A stretch of 64,000 nt of DNA, from IMG/VR virus record IMGVR_UViG_3300042691_015921; one strand, given 5' to 3'. Each line of letters starts with the position of its first letter. Position 1 is the first letter of the stretch. The translations under genes and the position numbers were made by a program. The notes beneath the pieces are model-generated. The model did not search any database and was not told the DNA's origin. It saw only the letters and a list, made by a program, of their open reading frames with translations. This document shows, piece by piece, positions 1 to 8,063 of this stretch. The stretch comes from a virus.

Positions 1-196
1 CCACGTTACGGTATGATACACCATCCTCAGTCAATGTCAAGTGGGCAGCAACCCTTGAGAAACAGTAATTAATCCGGCCCAAAAGCTTGGGGAGTTCCCA
101 CTTCTCTTCCGGCTTAACGTCAAAAAGAATTGCGTCAATCATCGCATCAACTGACCGGTCCAATCCCGGCCGCTCATCTTCTGAAATATATGGCAT
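1..196 (-). CDS. conserved phage hypothetical protein (DUF6899-like), runs off the window
   Basis: Hand translation gives MPYISEDERPGLDRSVD...LGRINYCFSRV...VSYRNV, open to position 1. The MPYI...R..LD...G.INY..SR pattern recalls a common phage family. Not in the ORF track. Confidence 0.6.
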   Translation of the reverse strand, partial: MPYISEDERPGLDRSVDAMIDAILFDVKPEEKWELPKLLGRINYCFSRVAAHLTLTEDGVSYRNV

Positions 197-206
197 GATT
201 TATCCT

Positions 207-434
207 TTATCGTCCAAATCCAATCTTGGTACGTTCAACATTATCCGAATTTAGAAACTGAGTTTCATGAAACCATCCGGTTTCGTTTGATCGTCCACTC
301 CACCAACTACATTCATACGTTACATAATTATTCTGCTTGATGCATACGCTGGTAATTACAGCATCAATAGCTTCTTCAAGACTATGACCTAGAGATACTT
401 TAGTTCCAATTGGCATAACGACGATATTCTTCAT
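207..434 (-). CDS. hypothetical protein
   Basis: ORF with start moved to MKNIVV, which overlaps the upstream stop (ATGA) and has a GGA-containing RBS. Confidence 0.55.
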   Translation of the reverse strand: MKNIVVMPIGTKVSLGHSLEEAIDAVITSVCIKQNNYVTYECSWWSGRSNETGWFHETQFLNSDNVERTKIGFGR

Positions 435-649
435 TTGGTTTCCTCTTCTTCTATTAAAGTCTTCCATTCAAACTGTGCGGTATTTGGATTATATTGAGCG
501 ACATTATTTTTTATAGCTTGTGTTTGTACATCTATAGTTCCAATTTCCACTCCTATAAACAATCCTAGCATTAGAAATATATCGCATGACGCGGCCCAGA
601 CTATACAAAAAATACTTGCAGTTGATCCATCTTCTGAATTTTTATTCAT
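431..649 (-). CDS. small membrane protein
   Basis: Hydrophobic segment. Start moved to MNKNSE because the longer ORF runs into the tRNA. Confidence 0.55.
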   Translation of the reverse strand: MNKNSEDGSTASIFCIVWAASCDIFLMLGLFIGVEIGTIDVQTQAIKNNVAQYNPNTAQFEWKTLIEEEETK

Positions 650-678
650 TTTACCACCAGTGGTTAGTTTGAAATCAG

Positions 679-752
679 TAGCGACGGTGGGATTCGAACC
701 CACACTGTGGACATTTTAAGTGTCCTGACTCCTGCCGTTGGTCTACGTCGCC
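679..752 (-). tRNA. tRNA-Leu(TAA) with a short variable loop, CCA not encoded
   Basis: Acceptor GGCGACG/CGTCGCT, anticodon arm GGACA-CTTAAAA-TGTCC, T-arm GTGGG-TTCGAAT-CCCAC, discriminator A. Confidence 0.9.
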
Positions 753-762
753 TCATACCATT

Positions 763-790
763 ATTCTACCACACTTTCAGTGTGTGTCAA
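763..790 (-). promoter_or_regulatory. sigma70-type promoter for tRNA-Leu
   Basis: TTGACA-N16-TAGAAT, about 10 nt upstream of the tRNA 5' end. Confidence 0.75.
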
Positions 791-883
791 GGAGGGGCCG
801 GAGGAATCGAACCTCCGAAGGATGATCAACCCTACACCATGCCTTCCCACGGATTCGAACCGTGCCTCAACCACTGACCCCTC
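791..883 (-). ncRNA. tRNA-like RNA lacking a D-arm (8-bp acceptor, long extra arm, canonical T-arm)
   Basis: GAGGGGTC/GGCCCCTC stem, CACGG-TTCGAAT-CCGTG hairpin, GAAGG(C)ATGGT/ATCATCCTTC long arm, GGAGG-TTCGATT-CCTCC T-arm, with its own promoter at 892-919. Confidence 0.7.
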
Positions 884-891
884 TCTATCTG

Positions 892-919
892 ATTCTACCA
901 CAACCTTATCGACCGTCAA
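892..919 (-). promoter_or_regulatory. sigma70-type promoter for the tRNA-like RNA
   Basis: TTGACG-N16-TAGAAT. Confidence 0.7.
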
Positions 920-1374
920 CTCTCGTTGTCTTGAAAGAACTTGTCAAAATCTGGTTGTGTTCCCGGCCGCAACCGCCAATGAGTTACTCCCCAATTTCCA
1001 AAATCATCTTTACCTATATGATATGGACCACCTTCGTATTCGGTCATTATGGGCGTTGGATCATGGGATAGATGGTATTTTTCACACCATTCCTTGTTCT
1101 CTCTATGGATATGACCGTATCCATCATACCCGCTGACGCACAAAAAGTCAACATCCGCACCTTCCGGTGGAAGTTGTTCTGTAACTGGAATCCACCGCAA
1201 GGCGGATTCTAGTTCTTTTACTTTTTGTTCTGATTTAGCTAAAGCGTCACACCATTGTGAAATTTTGCTACGGTAATTTACGCAGCGTTCCATTACTAAT
1301 TTTACGTCCGCGTCTGAATAGTTACCTTCTTTGATGTTTTTAATTGCTAGATCTAGACCAAATGATTCACTCAT
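916..1374 (-). CDS. DUF551-like hypothetical protein
   Basis: RWIPVTEQLP...VTHWR motif after a coiled-coil. Confidence 0.6.
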   Translation of the reverse strand: MSESFGLDLAIKNIKEGNYSDADVKLVMERCVNYRSKISQWCDALAKSEQKVKELESALRWIPVTEQLPPEGADVDFLCVSGYDGYGHIHRENKEWCEKYHLSHDPTPIMTEYEGGPYHIGKDDFGNWGVTHWRLRPGTQPDFDKFFQDNES

Positions 1375-1627
1375 TTTCAGCCTCTTTTGCTTTACGTTCT
1401 TCTTCCAGCCTCTGCCTAACTTGTTCCTTCAACGCCTCAAATTCTTCCGGTGTCATAGGACAATTTGGGCATTTATCTATTGGCTCTGACGGACCATTGG
1501 ACTCCCATTCTGATCCACAACCGCTGCAAATTGTAATAGTGCGGCGTGGCACTTCTGGCTTTATAGTGCGTTGTTCACACCCAGACAATACCAATAGAAA
1601 GATAGCTATCAATTTTTTAATATTCAT
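1367..1627 (-). CDS. lipoprotein-like protein with two CxxC motifs
   Basis: Signal peptide ending LSGC, plus CSGC and CPNC. Confidence 0.55.
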   Translation of the reverse strand: MNIKKLIAIFLLVLSGCEQRTIKPEVPRRTITICSGCGSEWESNGPSEPIDKCPNCPMTPEEFEALKEQVRQRLEEERKAKEAENE

Positions 1628-1628
1628 C

Positions 1629-1874
1629 CTAACCCCTGTCTTTCAAAAGTTGGTTTAATCTTACGATTTCATCAGACTGATCACTATACATCTTCCCTAT
1701 TTTCTCAAGCAAATGTTGTATATCTTCATTAGACATCGCCCAGCAATTACATTCATCTCCTGCTGCATCATTGGCACATCCATCCTCTGATAATGGACAA
1801 GAATACCATGGATCTTCACAGGTATAATGACCTCTATATGCGAGCTTTTTAAGTTGATTTAGTAGTTCAATCAC
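1629..1874 (-). CDS. Cys-rich hypothetical protein
   Basis: ORF with a GTG start overlapping the upstream stop; HYTCEDPWYSCP...ECNC. Confidence 0.55.
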   Translation of the reverse strand: MIELLNQLKKLAYRGHYTCEDPWYSCPLSEDGCANDAAGDECNCWAMSNEDIQHLLEKIGKMYSDQSDEIVRLNQLLKDRG

Positions 1875-2076
1875 CTGTGTTCTCCCACAACTTGTATAGA
1901 CTCTCTGAAAACTGTGCGAGCCATTCCCAGTTTTCTTCTGAAATTGAACTATCATCGTATCTATCCATTTCCTCACGGATCTTTTCCCCTTCATCTGATT
2001 CGTCCTTACCATCTTTGATAAGTTGATGAAGTTGAACAGTTAGTTCGACCATACGCTTAAGATTGTTAGTATTCAT
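1867..2076 (-). CDS. hypothetical protein
   Basis: ORF coupled to both neighbours by overlaps. Confidence 0.55.
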   Translation of the reverse strand: MNTNNLKRMVELTVQLHQLIKDGKDESDEGEKIREEMDRYDDSSISEENWEWLAQFSESLYKLWENTGD

Positions 2077-2282
2077 TTGCGATATTCCTGTGCTAATTTT
2101 TGTATATCCACACATTTCCTGTGATTTTCTCTTTCCCATTCAAGCTGGTTGTTTAGCCATCCAATAGCAGCAAGTAACTCGTCCCGATTCAACTCCTCAG
2201 AGGGAACGCCGAATAATTCAAATTCTGTCTTATGGGACTTCACCCAGTCTAAAGAAATTTCCCTCACTTGTTCATTCATCAA
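2073..2282 (-). CDS. hypothetical protein, paralog of the N-terminus of 3147-3638
   Basis: EISLDWVKSHKTEFELFGVPSEEL..DELLA.IGWLNNQL.WERENH shared with 3147-3638. Confidence 0.7.
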   Translation of the reverse strand: MMNEQVREISLDWVKSHKTEFELFGVPSEELNRDELLAAIGWLNNQLEWERENHRKCVDIQKLAQEYRK

Positions 2283-2730
2283 AAAAAGCCCTCACTATCG
2301 TTACAGCATCATTCAAATTATTTACTTTGTATCCACACATAGCGAACATCATAGAGTGAGAATGAACATTATTTACTCCATCCTCTATAATAAGCACTAC
2401 TGGAATATGTTCGTGATAAGCCCACGCAACTTCGAACATAGTGCCAATACTAACCTTTGTAGCTCCTAAAAGGTTAACAATTATAATATCTGAATTAATA
2501 ACATCAGAATGATCTCTCGTCAAGATCGCGGGACCGCCACTCAATATACCCTCAACGTTTGTCGCAGATATATCTTTACAGTCTTGCAAGTAATGCTTAC
2601 CTCGCATTGGACTCAAGCACTTAACATTATTCGTTATTGACTTGACTTTTGCTATAAAATCATTTCGCCAATCCGTTGCTCCACCATAAGAACACGAAGT
2701 AATCGGTCCTGCTAAATAAACCCTATTCAT
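2272..2730 (-). CDS. nucleoside 2-deoxyribosyltransferase-like protein
   Basis: VYLAGP...DVINSDIIIVNL...SIGTMFEVAWA...IPVV motifs. Confidence 0.8.
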   Translation of the reverse strand: MNRVYLAGPITSCSYGGATDWRNDFIAKVKSITNNVKCLSPMRGKHYLQDCKDISATNVEGILSGGPAILTRDHSDVINSDIIIVNLLGATKVSIGTMFEVAWAYHEHIPVVLIIEDGVNNVHSHSMMFAMCGYKVNNLNDAVTIVRAFFDE

Positions 2731-2783
2731 AGTAGTCTCCTTTTATTTATAAGCTCTGCTAATCGTAATAATATCCCACCTAT

Positions 2784-2972
2784 TCATCTTTTTAGTTTAT
2801 CTTCCATATTGTTAAGTCTCACATGGATCGTAGTTATTTCTTGTCTAAAGCTTTTTAAACTATCTCCGTGATCAATGATAGTTATCATCCTCCACGCCGC
2901 TCCAATTAATGAAAGGACGATAGAAACCACTATAGCAATTATACCAATCTGTTCTAAAACTGAATGAGTCAT
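2784..2972 (-). CDS. small membrane-anchored coiled-coil protein
   Basis: N-terminal TM segment; resembles neighbour 2969-3154. Confidence 0.55.
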   Translation of the reverse strand: MTHSVLEQIGIIAIVVSIVLSLIGAAWRMITIIDHGDSLKSFRQEITTIHVRLNNMEDKLKR

Positions 2973-3154
2973 TTGAGTTTCCCCTCTATGTTGCTAATTC
3001 TTTCTGATAGCTCGTTAGTGCCTTTTATCAGGAGGTCACAATCATATCGAAGATCAGATATGAATTCATGTCGATATATCTCTGCCACGATTAAAGCCGC
3101 TAATCCAAGCACTATTGTTAGCATTCCGATAATTTGTAAAATTGATTCAATCAT
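2969..3154 (-). CDS. small membrane-anchored coiled-coil protein
   Basis: N-terminal TM segment; ends NIEGKLK versus NMEDKLKR in the neighbour. Confidence 0.55.
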   Translation of the reverse strand: MIESILQIIGMLTIVLGLAALIVAEIYRHEFISDLRYDCDLLIKGTNELSERISNIEGKLK

Positions 3155-3638
3155 TCGACGCCCCCTTCGCTTTAGGCGTCGAACGGGCGAGAATGCCGTC
3201 TACGAAATCGGCTTCCCTGGAAGTGTCTGTGGCCGTGGCTTCGTCACCGTTGCGGTATTGCTGATTCGCCAATTCACGGAGCTTACGGGCGGCAAAAGCC
3301 ATCGCCTCACGCTCCTCCTCCGTCAGCCACGGTGCGTCGTAGAGGGGGAGTGCATCTTTGTCTTTCCACTTGGCAAGCCGCTCGTCTGTCGTCACTTCAT
3401 ACTTGTCATGCCATCGACTGCCGTCAAACCAAGGTTCGCCTTTGTATAACCACGCCACCGACTCCGCGTTGCTTGCAGACTTATTATGATTTTCTCTTTC
3501 CCATTGAAGCTGATTATTCAGCCAACCAATAGTGGCGAGTAATTCATCCCTACTCAATTCCTCTGATGGAACACCAAATAGTTCAAATTGGGTCTTGTGT
3601 GAGTTTACCCACTCCAAGGAGATTTCACTATCAGTCAT
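3147..3638 (-). CDS. chimeric hypothetical protein
   Basis: N-terminus duplicates 2073-2282; the C-terminal part is encoded by visibly GC-richer DNA. Confidence 0.65.
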   Translation of the reverse strand: MTDSEISLEWVNSHKTQFELFGVPSEELSRDELLATIGWLNNQLQWERENHNKSASNAESVAWLYKGEPWFDGSRWHDKYEVTTDERLAKWKDKDALPLYDAPWLTEEEREAMAFAARKLRELANQQYRNGDEATATDTSREADFVDGILARSTPKAKGASND

Positions 3639-3781
3639 TTGTTTCTCCGTTTTTCAATTTGCATTCCGATTAATACTCCAACGCCAATTAGCGTTAATGC
3701 TGTTGGCAATAAATAGGATAATGGAAAATACATAAATAAAGCCAGAAAGAATAGTAGTATATTTTCAAAAAACTCATTCAT
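3635..3781 (-). CDS. small membrane protein
   Basis: Hydrophobic ORF with start MNEFF after an AGGA RBS. Confidence 0.5.
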   Translation of the reverse strand: MNEFFENILLFFLALFMYFPLSYLLPTALTLIGVGVLIGMQIEKRRNK

Positions 3782-3791
3782 TTGATTTCTC

Positions 3792-4016
3792 CTATGAGGT
3801 AATCTTTCTATACAAAAGCGGGGCCGGATGTTGACACCACTTGGTTTTAAACACTTCTTCACCAGCATCATTAATCACATGCTCAATCGGCGTGATTATA
3901 TGCACAGCTTCTCCTGTTTCAGTATCACACCACACGCAGAATTCTAGTCTGATTCCATTAGTGTCAAATACGTCATAACTACAATGTTCTGGAACCTTGA
4001 GAATCATGTCATTCAT
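3792..4016 (-). CDS. hypothetical protein
   Basis: ORF with start MNDMILK overlapping the upstream gene end. Confidence 0.5.
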   Translation of the reverse strand: MNDMILKVPEHCSYDVFDTNGIRLEFCVWCDTETGEAVHIITPIEHVINDAGEEVFKTKWCQHPAPLLYRKITS

Positions 4017-4305
4017 CCCCTTGGTATATCTTATCATCACCCTCCAATACCTCGCTTCCGCACCATTCACATTTATGCTTTTCCCAAGGGTATAGTGGAC
4101 GAACAGGTTTAGCATAATGTTTAACCAACCAGTCAATTTGGCCGGTCTGAATACGAATACTGGAATCTATATTCTGTATACTTTTATTAAGGCTAATCAG
4201 ATTAGCTGATAAATACTTAATCTGTACACCTATACCAAGTAACAATATGGTTGCCAAAATCCACAGAAATTTTGTTATTAAGGAATCAAATTCTGCGTTT
4301 GTCAT
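4009..4305 (-). CDS. membrane protein with C-terminal CxxC
   Basis: TM segment and CEWC; start MTNAEF. Confidence 0.5.
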   Translation of the reverse strand: MTNAEFDSLITKFLWILATILLLGIGVQIKYLSANLISLNKSIQNIDSSIRIQTGQIDWLVKHYAKPVRPLYPWEKHKCEWCGSEVLEGDDKIYQGDE

Positions 4306-4306
4306 A

Positions 4307-4966
4307 TTATTTATTCCTAGCGATAAAAGAGCGAAGTGAATTCGCAGACTCATAAAATTGAGCATAGTCAAGTCTATCGGCAATACGAGATAATTGGTCT
4401 ATATCTTCTTTTGTTATAGTATATTTAGGGCCAGAATAAAGAGGAAAATGTTCCCATCCCTCATGTTCTGGAAATATTCCTTTGGCAAGTTCTTCTGTAG
4501 AACAACATGACCATACTAGATCGACTTTATATTGAGTATCTTTTGTATTTCGTACACCCCAAGTAATTGGAGTGGAAGAGTTTTTAATCTCTTCCAACTC
4601 TTTCTTTACCTGTTCATACTTTCTCCTCAAGTCATAAACAGTACCACTAGCAATTCGTGCGGACTCACAAGCTGCTTTCCAGTCTTCCGCTTTTTCTCTC
4701 TTTAGTTCTTCGATAACTTTATTTTGTGCGGCAATTTCAATATTCGCTTGGTGAACATCGCGGCGTGCCCGGTCGAGATCGTCGTCGTATTTTTGGTTAG
4801 CCGCGTCATTCACAGAATGGAAAAGACGCTCAAACGAATCTCGCTCGGCAGTGAGACTAGCGATTTGAGCATCGCGTGCCTGTAAAGTATCCCGCAAGAT
4901 GCAAAACTGGGAGTCCCATTGTCTGTCCTCTAGTTTCCCATCAGTATTATATCGTGGTTCAATCAT
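4307..4966 (-). CDS. coiled-coil hypothetical protein
   Basis: 219-aa ORF, heptad-rich. Confidence 0.6.
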   Translation of the reverse strand: MIEPRYNTDGKLEDRQWDSQFCILRDTLQARDAQIASLTAERDSFERLFHSVNDAANQKYDDDLDRARRDVHQANIEIAAQNKVIEELKREKAEDWKAACESARIASGTVYDLRRKYEQVKKELEEIKNSSTPITWGVRNTKDTQYKVDLVWSCCSTEELAKGIFPEHEGWEHFPLYSGPKYTITKEDIDQLSRIADRLDYAQFYESANSLRSFIARNK

Positions 4967-5198
4967 TTTTAATTCTCTCCTCTAGATCGACAATCTTACG
5001 CCTATCCTTAGACCACTCCATTACAGCCTCTTCCATAACATATTTTATATCTCCAATTTCTGGATAACCATTCATCGTTGGAGCCTTGAGTCTCATAAGC
5101 ATATTACGTAAAGCTACATATGCTGATGTTGGTTCGATATTATCTTCTTGTCGATGCTCGGCATCGTACTGCATCTTTTGAAAATTTCTCTTAGTCAT
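4959..5198 (-). CDS. hypothetical protein
   Basis: ORF coupled to its neighbours. Confidence 0.55.
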   Translation of the reverse strand: MTKRNFQKMQYDAEHRQEDNIEPTSAYVALRNMLMRLKAPTMNGYPEIGDIKYVMEEAVMEWSKDRRKIVDLEERIKND

Positions 5199-5470
5199 CA
5201 GTTAACTCCCGCCGCCTGGAAATAAGACCTCATATGATCCCGGTAAGCTTCTGAATAGCGAAGCGGACAGGCCATGCCATCATCAACCCGATTCTTTGGT
5301 ACGATAAAATATCCGTCATCATCCTTGACTATAACAGACCCCTCTGGAACTGAGACAGACAAAATATCTTTATCGTTGACCACCATATCACTAGTAATTC
5401 CATATGGAGTCTTTGTGGTAATAATTCTACCCGACTCATGCTTCCTGGCCTTAAATCTATTCTTCGACAT
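5198..5470 (-). CDS. hypothetical protein
   Basis: ORF with a GAGGA RBS. Confidence 0.6.
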   Translation of the reverse strand: MSKNRFKARKHESGRIITTKTPYGITSDMVVNDKDILSVSVPEGSVIVKDDDGYFIVPKNRVDDGMACPLRYSEAYRDHMRSYFQAAGVN

Positions 5471-5479
5471 ATTGTTTCC

Positions 5480-5908
5480 TCAAACTGTAAAAATTTTGTT
5501 AAATGAAGACCCAAAAGTATTCCGGTCAATACTCCAATAAACCCGGTGCAAACCAACAGCGTCTAGAATCTTCTGACAATTATCACATGGTTTGCTCAAT
5601 AAAATCTTTCCCTGACGATTAATCCTGAGAACAACAATGGAAAGATCGTCGTCAATCTCATTATATCTGTCCAGAAGTTTAGAAACAAGATGACTTTCCG
5701 CGTGAATGTAAGGAAACTCTTTGTAGGTCTGGATATTAAACCGCTTTCCCATTTTATATGCCTTGGAGTTAATCTTGATAGGATTATTCTCGCAGACAAG
5801 AATGGGCTTTTTACCGCTAAAAGCAATAGCATAGTGATAACGTCGCTGAAACTCATTCGGCGTGAAAGTATCGTAACTCAACTTAATAGCTTTGTCAATA
5901 ATTTTCAT
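5480..5908 (-). CDS. cytidine/deoxycytidylate deaminase-family protein
   Basis: Zinc motif HAE...SKPCDNC. Confidence 0.85.
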   Translation of the reverse strand: MKIIDKAIKLSYDTFTPNEFQRRYHYAIAFSGKKPILVCENNPIKINSKAYKMGKRFNIQTYKEFPYIHAESHLVSKLLDRYNEIDDDLSIVVLRINRQGKILLSKPCDNCQKILDAVGLHRVYWSIDRNTFGSSFNKIFTV

Positions 5909-6051
5909 TTGGTTGCCAGAAGGTAAAGACCAACGTTGCTAAAGGCATACCCAGCGTATGCCATGCTCATCCCGATATTGCCCTTATATCCCTGCTCAAA
6001 AGATACATACAGATAGATCGCCCCGGTTAAAAGTATTAGATTACCGCTCAT
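5905..6051 (-). CDS. 48-aa membrane protein
   Basis: Hand translation MSGNLILLTGAIYLYVSFEQG...GYAFSNVGLYLLATK; GGAGG RBS and ATGA overlaps at both ends. Confidence 0.65.
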   Translation of the reverse strand: MSGNLILLTGAIYLYVSFEQGYKGNIGMSMAYAGYAFSNVGLYLLATK

Positions 6052-6229
6052 ACTGCCTCCTGTACAGTGAGAAGTGGATAAAGTTCCTGATATTTTTTGA
6101 TAGCTAAATCTTTTTGTTTGATCTCAAAATCTAGACCGTAAGTATCGATTGGCTGAGTGGCATAGTCTGGAAACTATAATCCTGATCTTTTAATTCCAGA
6201 GAGATACAGCAGAGGCCGGGCTTATTCAT
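6048..6229 (-). pseudogene. uvsE: UV damage endonuclease (UvsE/UVDE) remnant with a large internal deletion
   Basis: N-terminal MNKPGLCCISLELKDQDYSFQTM is joined out of frame to C-terminal DYATQPIDTYGLDFEIKQKDLAIKKY; both match UvsE end motifs. Confidence 0.7.
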
Positions 6230-6506
6230 CACCAAATTCCTTTTTGAGATCTTCGTAACACTTGCGTCGATATGTCTTATTCTGTTCTTCAAGTTTGATA
6301 CGAGTATTGTATTCTTCGTCTGTTTCAAGTCGTTCCTTGGAAACGTGAAATTCTCTATCGTCCGGTCCATAATAGTCACAAGTAATGTCTGTCCATCCCT
6401 CTTCTTTATATTTTTGAAGCATAGAAATTACACTATCGATACTTTTTTCAAAGTCTATACGGTGATAATTTCTTTCTGTTCTCATTTTCTTCATGTTATT
6501 ATCCAT
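6222..6506 (-). CDS. hypothetical protein (RLETDEEY family)
   Basis: Shares RLETDEEY..R...Y..LK..F with 8053-8382. Confidence 0.65.
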   Translation of the reverse strand: MDNNMKKMRTERNYHRIDFEKSIDSVISMLQKYKEEGWTDITCDYYGPDDREFHVSKERLETDEEYNTRIKLEEQNKTYRRKCYEDLKKEFGDE

Positions 6507-6741
6507 TCTGGTTTACGTTTTTCATATCTACAAGATATCTAACATACCAACGACTACCATCTTTGCATATTACAAAGCTGGCATTCAAATTGAGTTCGAC
6601 CTGTTCTTCAAAAGCAAGGAGTTGTAGCACCAGTCTTCTATTACTAGCCAAAAATATACGATCTGTTCCCTCAATGGGATCACCATTTTTATTGGTTTTC
6701 CATCCGGCGTATTGTCTCGTCATAATTACAGAACAGTCCAT
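6499..6741 (-). CDS. hypothetical protein
   Basis: ORF within the operon. Confidence 0.45.
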   Translation of the reverse strand: MDCSVIMTRQYAGWKTNKNGDPIEGTDRIFLASNRRLVLQLLAFEEQVELNLNASFVICKDGSRWYVRYLVDMKNVNQNG

Positions 6742-7082
6742 TCTGGTTTGGGTTTGCCTTTTAATTTGACGCTTTTCTTCGCTTTAGAGCATAGCTTGGC
6801 TACTGCCTCTACGCAAACTTTTGCTTCCTTGAGTGTATCACAGCATCCCTCGTTTGTCAACTCCTTTGCGGAATGGAGATACTCAGGAGAGTAATCTAAT
6901 TCAATATGGTCTTTTAAACAGCCGTCAGCTTTGTATGTTTGCTCACTCGTTCGCGGCACATTAAAACAACCAAAACAAACCCGGTCATAATTTCTGCCGT
7001 CAACGAATGGAGAGGTTTTGTGAGCTTTGGTATATATAAGAGTTTTTTGACCACAGATATCACACTCTATTGTTTTTGACAC
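6726..7082 (-). CDS. Cys-rich hypothetical protein
   Basis: CDIC and CFGC motifs. Confidence 0.6.
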   Translation of the reverse strand: MSKTIECDICGQKTLIYTKAHKTSPFVDGRNYDRVCFGCFNVPRTSEQTYKADGCLKDHIELDYSPEYLHSAKELTNEGCCDTLKEAKVCVEAVAKLCSKAKKSVKLKGKPKPEWTVL

Positions 7083-7390
7083 TAAAGAGGTTCTCCTATT
7101 TCAAAAAAATAATGACTATCCTCTGGATCAACAATGACCACACTAAAATGTATATGGTGAAATTTGTGCTTCTTCTTAATTGACTTGCATAATTCTATGA
7201 ATCTATTACTGTTGAAATAATTAAAAGCTCCCATATACACATGAGCCTCAAATGCCCATCCTCCGCAATGATCGTCTACTTTTAGTAGAGGGGAATGATC
7301 TCCTAGTCTTAACCAAGTATTTAGTCTATCTATAATGAACCTATGATCCAGAATATCGAGGGTCACTATGACGTTTGTTATGCGGCTCAT
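7082..7390 (-). CDS. hypothetical protein
   Basis: ORF coupled to its neighbours. Confidence 0.6.
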   Translation of the reverse strand: MSRITNVIVTLDILDHRFIIDRLNTWLRLGDHSPLLKVDDHCGGWAFEAHVYMGAFNYFNSNRFIELCKSIKKKHKFHHIHFSVVIVDPEDSHYFFEIGEPL

Positions 7391-7845
7391 GATTCTACTC
7401 TCCCGTCTGGATAAAACACTTTAACTGGGACGTTTCGTTTAATCGCATAATCATAATAAGTATACCAAGTTCCACCTTTTGACTTACGCTCATTATCCAT
7501 AGGCACTACTATTAGTAGATCACTACTGTCAACAATATCCCGATTACGAGCGAAGTGAGTTTTTGCTGTTAGAATTCTATCTGATTTATGGAATGCTCTC
7601 AATGATTCATCGACTGGTGGGTGACTAACAGTAAATTGATTGAGATCTTCTGCAATACTTGCAATCTCTACATCAACTCCTATGCAGTCTCCATGATGTA
7701 GTATAAAATTCACCGGTCCTAGCTCATGTAGAAATTTCTTAACATTATATGTCTGAGTCTCATTCATCCCATTGCGAGTTCCTGTGACCCCTATGTATGG
7801 GACTATTGTTTCTGCACGAAAATCTTCTAGATTTGACTCTCTCAT
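7387..7845 (-). CDS. SLOG-superfamily (DprA/YspA-like) protein
   Basis: IGVTGTR, HHGDCIGVD, ARNRDIVDSSD and GGTWYT motifs. Confidence 0.75.
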   Translation of the reverse strand: MRESNLEDFRAETIVPYIGVTGTRNGMNETQTYNVKKFLHELGPVNFILHHGDCIGVDVEIASIAEDLNQFTVSHPPVDESLRAFHKSDRILTAKTHFARNRDIVDSSDLLIVVPMDNERKSKGGTWYTYYDYAIKRNVPVKVFYPDGRVES

Positions 7846-8063
7846 TTTGGTTTCTCAATTAGTGAGAGAGTTACACCCTCGTGCAAAATAACAAAAGGGA
7901 TATCTATACCAGCCTGTTTTTTAAAGTCCGCAAATCTTTGACTCAGAGCCTTTATTTCTAATTTAGTCATATAATTAGGGACGGTTATTACAAAAAGCAG
8001 AGGATTATCTGATTCATATAAAGAGGTCTTGATATTTTCCCAACCATAGTTGTCATTTTCCAT
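7842..8063 (-). CDS. hypothetical protein
   Basis: ORF within the operon. Confidence 0.5.
   Translation of the reverse strand: MENDNYGWENIKTSLYESDNPLLFVITVPNYMTKLEIKALSQRFADFKKQAGIDIPFVILHEGVTLSLIEKPK

Noticed and set aside
13-40. TTGACA-N16-TATCAT promoter-like match
   Set aside because: It lies inside an open, conserved-looking coding frame, and its target would be outside the window.
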